DNA of 64,000 nucleotides from Spirochaetaceae bacterium (lineage in GTDB: Bacteria > Spirochaetota > Spirochaetia > DSM-2461), in the NCBI GenBank assembly GCA_051531975.1, contig JAOPTT010000003.1, positions 128,001 to 192,000 on the forward strand, in the 5' to 3' direction. Positions 1-9,793 of this stretch are shown piece by piece (positions within the stretch are counted from its first letter, which is position 1; the number at the start of each line of letters is the position of its first letter). Made by a program: the position numbers and the translations under genes. The notes beneath the pieces are model-generated. The model did not search any database. It saw only the letters and a list, made by a program, of their open reading frames with translations, and had not been told where the DNA came from.

Positions 1-1021
1 TTTTATCTAATGAGTCTAAAAGTCTAGAAAGAGGAAGTGCAATATCACCACCACCAATAGAGTCAAAGCCTGTATCAGCTCCTAACTTTTTAAACATCCT
101 AGAATTATTATTTCTTATTGCACCAATGTGTAACTGCATAGTCCAATTTTTCTCAAAGTTAAGTTTACCAAAAAATTGTAACAGCGCAGTGTTTAGCTGA
201 GCATTCTGTTTAGCGGTTACACTATTATCAGTTAAAAGTTCAGATAAAATCTGATCTAACTCATCTTTTGTAAATGACTCATATTCAGGTATTCTAATTG
301 CGTGGTCAGATAATCTACAACCCAACTCATGGAAAAACTGGTGTCTCTGGCCTAATGCAGCACAAAGAGAGTCGAAAGTAGTAATAATAATACCTGAAAC
401 CTCTGATAGTTTTGTTAAATATTCAATATAAAGTTTAGGATCGTCGGTGGCCCCTGCTTTATCCGGTCTAAAGGTTGGATACATATTAAAACCTAAATCG
501 TCTCTGTTTTTTAATGATTTATGATGTTCTAAACTATCGACAGGATCATCTGTTGTACAGATAACTTTAACTTCCATCTGCTTAATTATTCCCCATGCAG
601 AGAACTCTGGATTTTTTAACTTTTCATTGGCCTCTTCCCATATTGAATCAGCTGTTTCACTGTTTAATAGTCGATCAGTTATTCCAAAAGGTCTTCTTAA
701 CTCTAAATGAGTCCAGTGATATAGTGGGTTTCCAATAAGTTTAGGAACACATCCTGCCCACGCTTTAAACTTATCGTAATCGGAAGCATCACCAGTAATA
801 TATTTCTCGTTAATACCTAAACTTCTCATGGCTCGCCACTTATAGTGGTCACCTTTTAACCAGATCTCAGTTAGGTTTTTAAACTGTTTATTTGAAGCCA
901 CATCCTCTGGAATCAAGTGGCAGTGATAATCAATTATCGGTTGTTTTTTTGCATAATCGTGGTATAGAGTTTTTGCTGTATCTGAAAACAGTAAAAAATC
1001 TTCTGTTAAAAATGTACTCAT
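1..1021 (-). CDS. uxaC: Uronate (glucuronate/galacturonate) isomerase, 3' part runs off the window
   Basis: Not in the ORF track. Manual translation from ATG at 1021 gives MSTFLTEDFLLFSDTAKTLYHDYAKKQPIIDYHCHL...WLKGDHYKWRAMR, the UxaC N-terminus; GGAG RBS upstream; follows uxaA. Confidence 0.95.
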   Translation of the reverse strand, partial: MSTFLTEDFLLFSDTAKTLYHDYAKKQPIIDYHCHLIPEDVASNKQFKNLTEIWLKGDHYKWRAMRSLGINEKYITGDASDYDKFKAWAGCVPKLIGNPLYHWTHLELRRPFGITDRLLNSETADSIWEEANEKLKNPEFSAWGIIKQMEVKVICTTDDPVDSLEHHKSLKNRDDLGFNMYPTFRPDKAGATDDPKLYIEYLTKLSEVSGIIITTFDSLCAALGQRHQFFHELGCRLSDHAIRIPEYESFTKDELDQILSELLTDNSVTAKQNAQLNTALLQFFGKLNFEKNWTMQLHIGAIRNNNSRMFKKLGADTGFDSIGGGDIALPLSRLLDSLDK

Positions 1022-1055
1022 ATATCTTTGCTCCTATGTTGTATTTGCGCTATAT

Positions 1056-2519
1056 CTAAAGTGTTACACCATCTTTAAAAATGGAAATTTCTCTATAATT
1101 GTTTCTCTCGTTTAATGTCTCTTTTCCAGATGATACTTCTAAAATGTAGTCTAAGAAGTTCTCTGAAAGAGTTTCCATGTCACCATCATCTACTAATGAA
1201 CCAGCGTTAAAATCAATCCAGTTACTTTTTCTTTCTGCTAAAGAGTTATTTGTTGATATTTTAACTGTTGGAACTGGCCCTCCAAGAGGAGTTCCTCGAC
1301 CTGTAGTAAATAATATTAAGTGAGCTCCTGCAGCTGTAAGATTTGTGACTGCTACAATGTCATTCCCAGGTCCATTTAATAAGTTAAGTCCCTTTTTAAT
1401 GGCTACTTCTCCATAATCTAGGACTTCCTGAACCTCTCTCTCGCCACCTTTTTGGATACAACCTAAAGATTTCTCTTCCAAAGTAGTAATTCCACCATCT
1501 TTGTTTCCAGGGGATGGGTTTTCGTATACTACCTGGTTATACCTTTGGAAATATTCTTTAAAGTTATTAACAAGGTTTACTGTCTTATCAAAAGTTTCAG
1601 AATCTTTAGCTCTATTCATTAAGATAGTTTCTGCACCAAACATCTCAGGAACTTCAGATAAAATAGATATACCACCCATATCGATAAGTCTATTTGAGAT
1701 CTGACCAACAAGAGGGTTAGCAGTAATTCCTGAGAGACCATCTGATCCACCACATTTTAATCCGATGGTAAGATTAGATATAGAAACTTTTTCCCTTTTG
1801 TCCTTAGAAGTAATCTCTTTTAAATCATCTATAATTTTTAAAGCGACCTCTTCTTCATCATTTACAGATTGAGTTTCTAAAAATCTAACTCTAGACTCAT
1901 CAAATTCCCCAAGGACCTTTTTGAACTCTTTAATATTGTTATTTTCACAACCTAGACCAAGAACTAATATTCCACCGGCGTTAGGATGTTTTACTAAGTT
2001 TTTAAGAATTAACTGAGTATTTTGATGGTCGGTCCCTAATTGGCTACATCCAAATGGGTGAACAAAAGTATAAACACCCTCCCCTGCCCTTTTAACTATA
2101 TTTTCAGCAGTCCTATTAATACAACCAACTGTGTTAATAATCCAGATTTCATTTCTAATACCAACTAAACCATTAGGTCTTTTATATCCCATAAAAAACT
2201 TGTCACTTTTTACAAACTTATCAGTAGTACTCTCTTTTAGATATTTGTACTCTAAAATACCATCTAAATTTGTTTTTACATTATGTGTATGTACTAAAGA
2301 ACCCTTTTTAATGTCTTGGATAGCATGGGCAATAGCAGAACCGTACTTAATAATTAGCTCTCCTATTAAAATGTCGTTTAATGCAAACTTATGTGCCTGG
2401 CCAATATCCTCTAACAGTGTAATATCTTTGTTACTCACAGTTACAACATCACCCTTAAATAGCGGTTCTAGTGCAACACCAACACTGTCTTTAGCATTAA
2501 TTTGTATAACTTTTTTCAT
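1056..2519 (-). CDS. uxaA: Altronate dehydratase
   Basis: N-terminal SAF domain (GHKFAL...IIKYG...HTHNV); HPFGCSQLG, GLGCENN, KCGGSDG and ENPSPGNKDGG motifs. Confidence 0.95.
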   Translation of the reverse strand: MKKVIQINAKDSVGVALEPLFKGDVVTVSNKDITLLEDIGQAHKFALNDILIGELIIKYGSAIAHAIQDIKKGSLVHTHNVKTNLDGILEYKYLKESTTDKFVKSDKFFMGYKRPNGLVGIRNEIWIINTVGCINRTAENIVKRAGEGVYTFVHPFGCSQLGTDHQNTQLILKNLVKHPNAGGILVLGLGCENNNIKEFKKVLGEFDESRVRFLETQSVNDEEEVALKIIDDLKEITSKDKREKVSISNLTIGLKCGGSDGLSGITANPLVGQISNRLIDMGGISILSEVPEMFGAETILMNRAKDSETFDKTVNLVNNFKEYFQRYNQVVYENPSPGNKDGGITTLEEKSLGCIQKGGEREVQEVLDYGEVAIKKGLNLLNGPGNDIVAVTNLTAAGAHLILFTTGRGTPLGGPVPTVKISTNNSLAERKSNWIDFNAGSLVDDGDMETLSENFLDYILEVSSGKETLNERNNYREISIFKDGVTL

Positions 2520-3964
2520 TATAGACTCTCCATTACAGGCTTTATTCCTTTAGATTCTATAGCATTAAAATATGTTGTAACCTTGTTATATAAAGAAGTA
2601 ACTTTAGTTAAATCCTGACCCCAAAAAGCCTCATTAGACAATATTGTATTTGTGAATTTCTTTCCTGAATCCTCAGAGCCATCAAAGTGATCATATGCAG
2701 ATGCAAAGAATTCAAGAACGTCATTATTGTCTTTTCCTAATGTTTTATAAAAGTGCATTAAAGAAGCTAAAGAGAATGATAATAACTCAGGAGCATCTCC
2801 ACTATTTAATTCGATATATTCTAAAACCGTAGGTAATACTCTAGCTCTATATTTTGAAACAGAGTTTAAAGATATTGCTAATAGCTCATGTTTAATAAAT
2901 GGATTTGCAAATCTTTCCATAACATCGTCTGCAAAGTCCTTAAGTTCTTTTTTATCAAAATCGACGCTTGGTATAATCTCAGAATTAACTGCTTTATCTA
3001 TAAAATTTCTAACTGTTTCATTTTTAAGACAATCACCAACTGTTTTTACTCCGTATAGGTATGCTGGAAGGCAAGTCATTGTATGAATTCCATTTAATAT
3101 TCTAACTTTTCTTGTTCTATATGGAGTCATATCATCTGTCCAGAGAACATTACATCCTTCTGTTTCAGCTATTGGGAATTCCGATGAATATTTTTTATCC
3201 CCTTCAATTACCCAAAGGTTAAATACTTCTGCAGTATCAATTAAGTTATCTGTATAACCAAATTCTTTTGTTAACTCATCTATTTCATCTTTAGGGTAAC
3301 CAGTTACAATTCTATCTACTAATGTATTTAAGAAATCACAAGAATCATCTAACCATTTTGTAAAGTCTGGATCTAATTTCCATTCAGAGGCTAATCTATA
3401 GACTATCTTTTTAAGGTTATCACCATTTCTGTCTATTAACTCACAAGGTATTATTATTAAACCTTTGTCTGCAGCACCTTTAAAAGTTGTAAACCTTCTA
3501 TATAAAATTGATGTTAATTTACCAGGATATGAAAGTTGTGGGGCATCGTTAATTGACTCACCTTCTCTATAAACAATTCCGGCTTCAGTTGTATTTGATA
3601 CAATAAACCTTAATTCAGGAAGATCTGCTGATTCTAAGAACTCCCCATGGTCCTTATATGGGTTAATACCTTTTTCAACTGCAGTAATAATCTCTTTTTC
3701 ATTAATTACTTTACCCTTCGATAATCCTCTACTTATTAAAGAATACAGACCATCCTGCTCATTTAACATAGGAATTAATCCACCATCTAAAGGTTGAATT
3801 ATTCTAACACTCCCATTAAATAGTCCCTTTCCATTTGTTTTGTTAATCATCCAGTCAACAAAACCTCTTAAAAAATTTCCTTCACCAAATTGTAATACTT
3901 TTACGGGGTACTCTTTTTTCTCTGCACCTGACAAAGCTTCTAAATTAGTTTTATTTAATTTCAT
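2519..3964 (-). CDS. uxaB: Tagaturonate reductase (altronate oxidoreductase)
   Basis: VLQFGEGNFLRGF, SNTTEAGI, PCELI, TLVDRIV, RKVRILNG and RFANPF motifs; 1-nt overlap with uxaA. Confidence 0.95.
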   Translation of the reverse strand: MKLNKTNLEALSGAEKKEYPVKVLQFGEGNFLRGFVDWMINKTNGKGLFNGSVRIIQPLDGGLIPMLNEQDGLYSLISRGLSKGKVINEKEIITAVEKGINPYKDHGEFLESADLPELRFIVSNTTEAGIVYREGESINDAPQLSYPGKLTSILYRRFTTFKGAADKGLIIIPCELIDRNGDNLKKIVYRLASEWKLDPDFTKWLDDSCDFLNTLVDRIVTGYPKDEIDELTKEFGYTDNLIDTAEVFNLWVIEGDKKYSSEFPIAETEGCNVLWTDDMTPYRTRKVRILNGIHTMTCLPAYLYGVKTVGDCLKNETVRNFIDKAVNSEIIPSVDFDKKELKDFADDVMERFANPFIKHELLAISLNSVSKYRARVLPTVLEYIELNSGDAPELLSFSLASLMHFYKTLGKDNNDVLEFFASAYDHFDGSEDSGKKFTNTILSNEAFWGQDLTKVTSLYNKVTTYFNAIESKGIKPVMESL

Positions 3965-3980
3965 ATCTATATTTCTCCTA

Positions 3981-4075
3981 AAATGTAACCGGTTACATTT
4001 CTTGTTGACTCTATAATAGCACTAGAATTGATTTTTTGGCAACTTCTAAATTAGTAAATGTATGCGGTTTCATTT
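3981..4075 (-). promoter_or_regulatory. uxaB promoter flanked by two LacI-type operators
   Basis: Perfect palindrome AAATGTAACCGGTTACATTT at 3981-4000 and a 17/20 copy AAATGTATGCGGTTTCATTT at 4056-4075. Between them on the minus strand: TTGCCA-18 nt-TATTAT with an extended TG. Confidence 0.8.
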
Positions 4076-4084
4076 AAAAACTTA

Positions 4085-5194
4085 TTATATATCTTTCTGA
4101 AGATATGCTAAAAGAAACGGTGCGATACCTTTTGCTTCATTTGAGACGATGGGTTCTGACATATAATAATCAAAACTTCCATCTCTCTGGTCTTGCCCAC
4201 CTAAACCTGCAACTAAACATGTCCCCCCTAGATTCATATTTCCATCTTCTTCATATAGATATTTTTCACAGATACCATTAAATGCTTTTAGACCAAAAGG
4301 CCTGAACTTTTCTGAAATTATTCCTAAATTGACAGCCTTTAAAATTGCATAGGTTATTATACTAGAACCACTAGTTTCTAAATAATTCTGAGGTTCATCT
4401 GTCTTATCTACAACTTGAAACCACATTCCACTTTTATCCTGATATTTAAGAAGTGATATTATCAAATCCAATAAGATTTTAGAAACAAACTTGTGTAATT
4501 GTTCATCTTTGTCATCGACTATTTCTAAAATATCAACAAGAGCCATTAGAAACCATCCCTCTGCTCTTAACCAAAAGTTCTGAGATAATCCACTTATATC
4601 ATTAGACCAAAAGCTCTTTCGGCTTGAATCATATGCATGATAATACAGTCCACTTACATCATCTTTCATCACCGTAAAAACGACTTTTATCTGTTTCAAA
4701 ATATCTGGGTAATTTTTTTTATCATTAAATCTTTTATCATATTCTACATAAAATGGAAGTGCCATATATAAACCATCTAACCATACTTGGTTTGGGTATA
4801 TCTTCTTATGCCAAAAGTTCCCCTCCTTAGTTCTTGGTTGTAATTTAATCTGATTAAAAATTGTATCCATTGCTTTTCTATATTGTGTTTTACCAGTATT
4901 GTCATAAAGCTTAAATAGAGATCTAGCCTCATTTATATTATCTAAGTTGAACTCTTCAATCTTAAAAGTTCTAATATTTCCATCTTCATCTATAAAAAAA
5001 TCTATAAATTTTTCTACAAAATTTAAATATTTAATATTACAAGTTTTTTCATATAATGTTAAAAATGCAGTCATCATACAGCCATCTATATAGTTCCAAT
5101 GAGGCTCTTTATTTTGTCTTATCATCTCCTGATTCCATAAAGGTTTTTCAGGGGAACTATCATTTAAAAGTCTATTTATATATCTATCTATCAT
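4085..5194 (-). CDS. GH105 unsaturated (rhamno)galacturonyl hydrolase, YteR-like
   Basis: WNYIDG, NLDNIN, FWHKKIYPNQVWLDGLYM, FWLRAEGW and YLETSGS motifs; no signal peptide. Confidence 0.9.
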   Translation of the reverse strand: MIDRYINRLLNDSSPEKPLWNQEMIRQNKEPHWNYIDGCMMTAFLTLYEKTCNIKYLNFVEKFIDFFIDEDGNIRTFKIEEFNLDNINEARSLFKLYDNTGKTQYRKAMDTIFNQIKLQPRTKEGNFWHKKIYPNQVWLDGLYMALPFYVEYDKRFNDKKNYPDILKQIKVVFTVMKDDVSGLYYHAYDSSRKSFWSNDISGLSQNFWLRAEGWFLMALVDILEIVDDKDEQLHKFVSKILLDLIISLLKYQDKSGMWFQVVDKTDEPQNYLETSGSSIITYAILKAVNLGIISEKFRPFGLKAFNGICEKYLYEEDGNMNLGGTCLVAGLGGQDQRDGSFDYYMSEPIVSNEAKGIAPFLLAYLQKDI

Positions 5195-6036
5195 ATTTTC
5201 CCTCCTATATGTTGTATAAATTTTAAACTCTGGGTTATTGTTTCAGGTCCACTATTTTCTAATAAAACATCGATATAAGGCCTGTGCTTTTTTATAAGGT
5301 TTAATAGAAGTTCATAATTAAGCAGCCCTTTCCCAGAAGGAATAGTTCCATCTTTTTTACCATCTTTAATAACATAATCTTTAACATGAATACTAACCAT
5401 TTTATGGGAAAAGAGTTCAAATGCTTCTTTCATTAAATCATCACTTTTATTTAGGTTATCGTTTGATAAAAAGTTAACAGGATCGTATATAATTCCTAGA
5501 TTTGGTGATGGAATATACTCTAAAACTCTCATCATTCGTTCATGATTGTGAATTACATGTTTATCTGCAACACCCTCGATTGCAACAATAATTCCAAACC
5601 TCTCTGCTACATCTACTAAAACCTTTATAGACTCTATAAAATCAATGAATGTTGTTTCTAAATATATATCCTCAGTGAATCCACAATTAGGAAGAGTAGA
5701 CCCTGTTTCTGTCCCTACAACTTTGCAACCAAAGCTACTTGCAAACTTTATATGGTCTATAAAACTATTTAAGTGTTCATTTCGAATATCTTTATCAGGA
5801 TGTACAGGATTAATATAACAACCTAAAACACTTATGTTTATATTGTTCATTTTAAATGTATCCCTAATATAATTCCCCATTCCTGGACTTAAAATTCCAT
5901 TTGTTTTATCTATTCCTAGAATTGCTTTTTTTAAAGCCAATTGGATGCTGTTAAATCCATAACCAGATAACTTATTAGAAAGATCAACAACGTTTCGTTT
6001 ACCAAAATCATGAGCTCTAACCCCAATATTAATCAT
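5191..6036 (-). CDS. Sugar-phosphate isomerase/epimerase (xylose-isomerase-like TIM barrel)
   Basis: IGVRAHDF, GCYINPVHPD, VGTETG; metal-ligand motifs AIEGV, IYDPVN, HVKD, LLEN. Confidence 0.8.
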   Translation of the reverse strand: MINIGVRAHDFGKRNVVDLSNKLSGYGFNSIQLALKKAILGIDKTNGILSPGMGNYIRDTFKMNNINISVLGCYINPVHPDKDIRNEHLNSFIDHIKFASSFGCKVVGTETGSTLPNCGFTEDIYLETTFIDFIESIKVLVDVAERFGIIVAIEGVADKHVIHNHERMMRVLEYIPSPNLGIIYDPVNFLSNDNLNKSDDLMKEAFELFSHKMVSIHVKDYVIKDGKKDGTIPSGKGLLNYELLLNLIKKHRPYIDVLLENSGPETITQSLKFIQHIGGKI

Positions 6037-7369
6037 TACAAATCCTTATAAAACTGTTGTTTATTTTAATATTTGAAGACTTAAAACCAGATATATTCTT
6101 TAAAAAAATATCATTTTCAGGCTGAGTATCAAAAAAATCCATAGCAGGTGTTGACTTAGACAGCTCTGAATCTGTTTTTATATTAAAGTTTCTAAGAGTT
6201 AAGTTCTTGATATAACTTTCTGGTAATCCGTAAAAAAATGCTGCAGAGGATCTAATATTTGTTGCAATAATATTTGAAACCGATATATTTTCAATTACAG
6301 GAGTTGCATCCTGTATAAACTCTTTTTCATCTGTAGATTTAAGATATTCTACCTGGTCCTTGGAGGCACCACATCTATAATACATATTCATTACTAATGG
6401 ACAAATAACATTATCCATCTTTAAATTATCAATATTAATATTTTTTATGGTCCCACCACGTTTTCTTCTTGTCTTAACTCTAATACCTCTATCAGTTCCT
6501 GCCATAACACAATCTCTTATATCTATATCATGAATCCCACCTGAAGTTTCTGAACCAATAACAATCCCGCCATGACCACTAAACATGGAACATCCTGAAA
6601 TTCTTACATCGTGTGTACTCTTACCAACCCTAATACCATCGGCATCCATCCCAGACTTTAGACATAAGCAGTCATCCCCAACATCAAAATGACAATCTGT
6701 AACATCTATAAATGAGCTCGAATCAATATCAAGTCCATCAGTATTTGGAGCATCATTTGGGCTCTCAAATATAACTTTTTTTAATCTAATATTATCGGAA
6801 TATAAAATATGTGTATTCCAGAATGCAGAATCTTTTAAAGTAACTCCCTCAATTAAAACATTATTGCAATTTTTTATCTGTATTAGTGAAGGTCTTAAAA
6901 AATCTGTATCTATACCACCACCACCTGAACCAGCATCTATATTTGCATTTAATGGACGTAATAGATTCTGGACCTTAATTACTTCGGAGGATAAAATACC
7001 ATTACGAATATTTTTATACTCAGCCCACCACTTCATTCCGAGACCATCAATTGTTCCTGCACCAGTTATTTTAACGTCAGTACAATTTACTGCAAATATC
7101 ATAGATCTTAATGCGTGACACTCCGTGCCTTCCCATCTTGTAAAAACAGACTCATAATCACTAAAATTATCACTAAATAATAGAATGGCTTCATCTTCTA
7201 AATGAAGCTCAATATTTGATTTTAAAATGATGGGTAAAGATTTATGTATACCGGTGTTTAATATAATTTTACCACCAAGTTTATTTGAACATTCATCAAT
7301 TGCAATTTGAATATCATTTGTAAATTCATTTTTATTATTTGCATCTATAAAAATTTTGATATTATTCAT
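6029..7369 (-). CDS. GH28 (exo)polygalacturonase, cytoplasmic
   Basis: GH28 catalytic motifs NTDG, GDD, GHG, RVK; start reassigned to ATG 7369 after GGAGG; no signal peptide. Confidence 0.9.
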   Translation of the reverse strand: MNNIKIFIDANNKNEFTNDIQIAIDECSNKLGGKIILNTGIHKSLPIILKSNIELHLEDEAILLFSDNFSDYESVFTRWEGTECHALRSMIFAVNCTDVKITGAGTIDGLGMKWWAEYKNIRNGILSSEVIKVQNLLRPLNANIDAGSGGGGIDTDFLRPSLIQIKNCNNVLIEGVTLKDSAFWNTHILYSDNIRLKKVIFESPNDAPNTDGLDIDSSSFIDVTDCHFDVGDDCLCLKSGMDADGIRVGKSTHDVRISGCSMFSGHGGIVIGSETSGGIHDIDIRDCVMAGTDRGIRVKTRRKRGGTIKNINIDNLKMDNVICPLVMNMYYRCGASKDQVEYLKSTDEKEFIQDATPVIENISVSNIIATNIRSSAAFFYGLPESYIKNLTLRNFNIKTDSELSKSTPAMDFFDTQPENDIFLKNISGFKSSNIKINNSFIRICND

Positions 7370-7378
7370 TAAACCTCC

Positions 7379-7409
7379 AAAAAATAGAAGCCGCAATTTG
7401 CGACTTCTA
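7379..7409 (-). terminator. Intrinsic terminator or stabilising hairpin after the binding-protein gene
   Basis: Minus strand TAGAAGTCGCA-AAT-TGCGGCTTCTA (11 bp with one G-U pair) followed by TTTTTT, which runs directly into the GH28 RBS. Confidence 0.7.
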
Positions 7410-7432
7410 AAATGTTACTATTTTAATGTTTA

Positions 7433-8863
7433 TTATTTGTTTAATTCAGCTATAACTTCCTGAAGACCTAATGCATTAGCTTTCTTTTTATATTCTGCTA
7501 ATCCTTCCTCAATAGTCAAAGTTCCAACAATCATTTCTGCAAAAATCTCTTGCTTCAATGATAATATTTCTCCATTTCTTTTAGTAAACATAACATCACC
7601 TTCTGGTAAGAAAAGTTGAACACCATTATCTTTTTGAACTTTTTGTGATTGTGAAATAATAGTTGCAGGCTTAACTAGTGGTTCCCATCCATTCATAATT
7701 AGTGAAGGGTCAGAATATGCCTTAGTAACTAAAGCCTCTGGGTTAGAAGGTAGAGGTAACATAGAATGAACTCCATCTTTAATTTGGTAATGAAGACCCT
7801 CAACGCCGTAAGTAAACAATGTCTGACCCGCACCTTTATCTAACATTGTATTAACAACGCTATCAAAAATAACCTCGGGATTTTTTGCTCCAGAAGTAAT
7901 TGCAAAAACGGGTCCAACTCTATTGATGTAATAAGCATTTTCAATTGGTTCTAATGCTGAAATTACTGCTTTAGGGTTTTGTGCCTTAGCTCTATCATCA
8001 AATCTTTGAGCCCAGATTCCTGACCAATACTCCATAACACCAGACTGACCAGAAATTACTTTACTTCTAGCTGTTGATGTTTTATTAGTAAAAAATTCAT
8101 TATCAAGTATTCCTTCGTCATATAAACTTTTAATTCTTGCTACAGCATTAAACATTGCAGGTTGTGTAAAACCATCAACCCATTTAGAACCTTTTCGATC
8201 CCAACCAAACCAAGCATCTTGCATTAACATTCTATTGTAATAGTCAAACTCATATCCTGTTTGGAATGGTAAAGTAATACCTACAGTATCATTTTTACCA
8301 TTTCCATCGGGATCATCAAATGTAAATGCTTTTAATACTTTGTAATATTCATCCCAGTTTTTAGGTGCTTTTAAGCCAAGGTTATCAAGCCAGTCCTGTC
8401 TAATATATGTAACACACCCTCCACCGTTATACATTGGTACAGCATAGATATGTCCATCATTTAGTCTATATGCTTCAAGCAGATCTTTGTCCACACTTTT
8501 TAAAACATCTGAAGAGTCAATATAATCTTCAATTGGTAATAAGTTCCCAGATTTTGCAAATGCTAAATAATCATTTGTTTGTAACTCAAGGATATCTGGT
8601 GCATCTCCTGCAGCAAACATTGTTGATACAATCTGAGAATATTGATTATGTGCAGGTTGAGTAACATCAATCGTTGTTCCTGTTAACTCATTAAACTTGT
8701 TAACCCATTCGTCTCTTCCATCTTCAGCTAATATTATACGGTCAAAAACTGCTGTAAATTTCACATTTTCACCATTTGCTGATTCCTCTTTATTACCTTC
8801 AGCACTTAATACCACTGGTAATAAAACTAATAAAACCATAACTAACCATGTTTTAGATTTCAT
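7433..8863 (-). CDS. ABC transporter solute-binding protein (LplA/YtcQ-like, oligogalacturonide candidate)
   Basis: Signal peptide ending ...VLSA-EGNKEE; YIRQDWLDNLGLKAP and DPDGNGKNDT motifs; start 8863 after GGAGGA. Confidence 0.88.
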   Translation of the reverse strand: MKSKTWLVMVLLVLLPVVLSAEGNKEESANGENVKFTAVFDRIILAEDGRDEWVNKFNELTGTTIDVTQPAHNQYSQIVSTMFAAGDAPDILELQTNDYLAFAKSGNLLPIEDYIDSSDVLKSVDKDLLEAYRLNDGHIYAVPMYNGGGCVTYIRQDWLDNLGLKAPKNWDEYYKVLKAFTFDDPDGNGKNDTVGITLPFQTGYEFDYYNRMLMQDAWFGWDRKGSKWVDGFTQPAMFNAVARIKSLYDEGILDNEFFTNKTSTARSKVISGQSGVMEYWSGIWAQRFDDRAKAQNPKAVISALEPIENAYYINRVGPVFAITSGAKNPEVIFDSVVNTMLDKGAGQTLFTYGVEGLHYQIKDGVHSMLPLPSNPEALVTKAYSDPSLIMNGWEPLVKPATIISQSQKVQKDNGVQLFLPEGDVMFTKRNGEILSLKQEIFAEMIVGTLTIEEGLAEYKKKANALGLQEVIAELNK

Positions 8864-8910
8864 AAAATCCTCCATTTTTCTTTCCAGACCATAAGATCCG
8901 GTTTATTAAA

Positions 8911-9783
8911 TTATCCCTTAACTCCGCCTAAATTTACCCCTTTAACAAAATGCTTTTGAACAAATGGGTATAGGATGAGAACAGGTATAATAGATACTGT
9001 AATTGCTGAGTTTTTTAGACTCTGGGTTCCGAAGGAAAAACCTTCCATTCCCTGGGTATCAGATTCCATAACAAGACTTCTTAAGAAAACTTGAAAATTG
9101 TGGAACTCTGGTTTTGTTTGAATATAAAGAATGTAGTCAAAAAATTGATTCCAGAAAAATACTACATAAAAAAGACCAATTGCTGATAATCCTGCTTTTG
9201 ACAGAGGTAATACTATCCGTAGAAATGTCTGAAGAGGTGAACAACCATCAATCTCTGCAGCATCAAAAATACTTGATGGGATGCCTTCAAAGAAGTTTTT
9301 TAATAATATTAAGTAGTAAGCATCCATAGCATGAACAAGTAATACTGAAAAAATAGAGTTCATAAGCCCTAAATTTCTAACCACTAAAAATAGTGGAATC
9401 ATACCAGCTCTAAACACCATTGTTATAAGTGCAATATTTAATAGAAACTTTCTACCTGGAAGTCCTTTTTGTGCTAATCCATAAGCGTACAAAGATGTAA
9501 CTGTCATTGAAATAATAGTTCCTAAAATTGTTGTTATGAAACTGATAACTAAAGGTCTTAAAATTGCAGGCCTACTAATAATTAACTTATATGCATCTAC
9601 TGAAAATTTAGCAGGTATTAATCTAAAGATTGTTTCAGATGCTTTACTATCAAATGAATCAATAACAATTTTTAATAAAGGAATCATTATTGTTATTACG
9701 ATTAATACCATAATGGTAACATTTACTATTTTAAAAATATTGTATGAAATTGAATCATGATGTAACGATTTATTCTTAGCCAT
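8911..9783 (-). CDS. Carbohydrate ABC permease (LplC/YtcP-like)
   Basis: EAA loop DAAEIDG and C-terminal YPFVQKHFVKGVNLGGVKG; start 9783 after AGGAGA. Confidence 0.92.
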   Translation of the reverse strand: MAKNKSLHHDSISYNIFKIVNVTIMVLIVITIMIPLLKIVIDSFDSKASETIFRLIPAKFSVDAYKLIISRPAILRPLVISFITTILGTIISMTVTSLYAYGLAQKGLPGRKFLLNIALITMVFRAGMIPLFLVVRNLGLMNSIFSVLLVHAMDAYYLILLKNFFEGIPSSIFDAAEIDGCSPLQTFLRIVLPLSKAGLSAIGLFYVVFFWNQFFDYILYIQTKPEFHNFQVFLRSLVMESDTQGMEGFSFGTQSLKNSAITVSIIPVLILYPFVQKHFVKGVNLGGVKG

Positions 9784-9793
9784 TAATTCTCTC

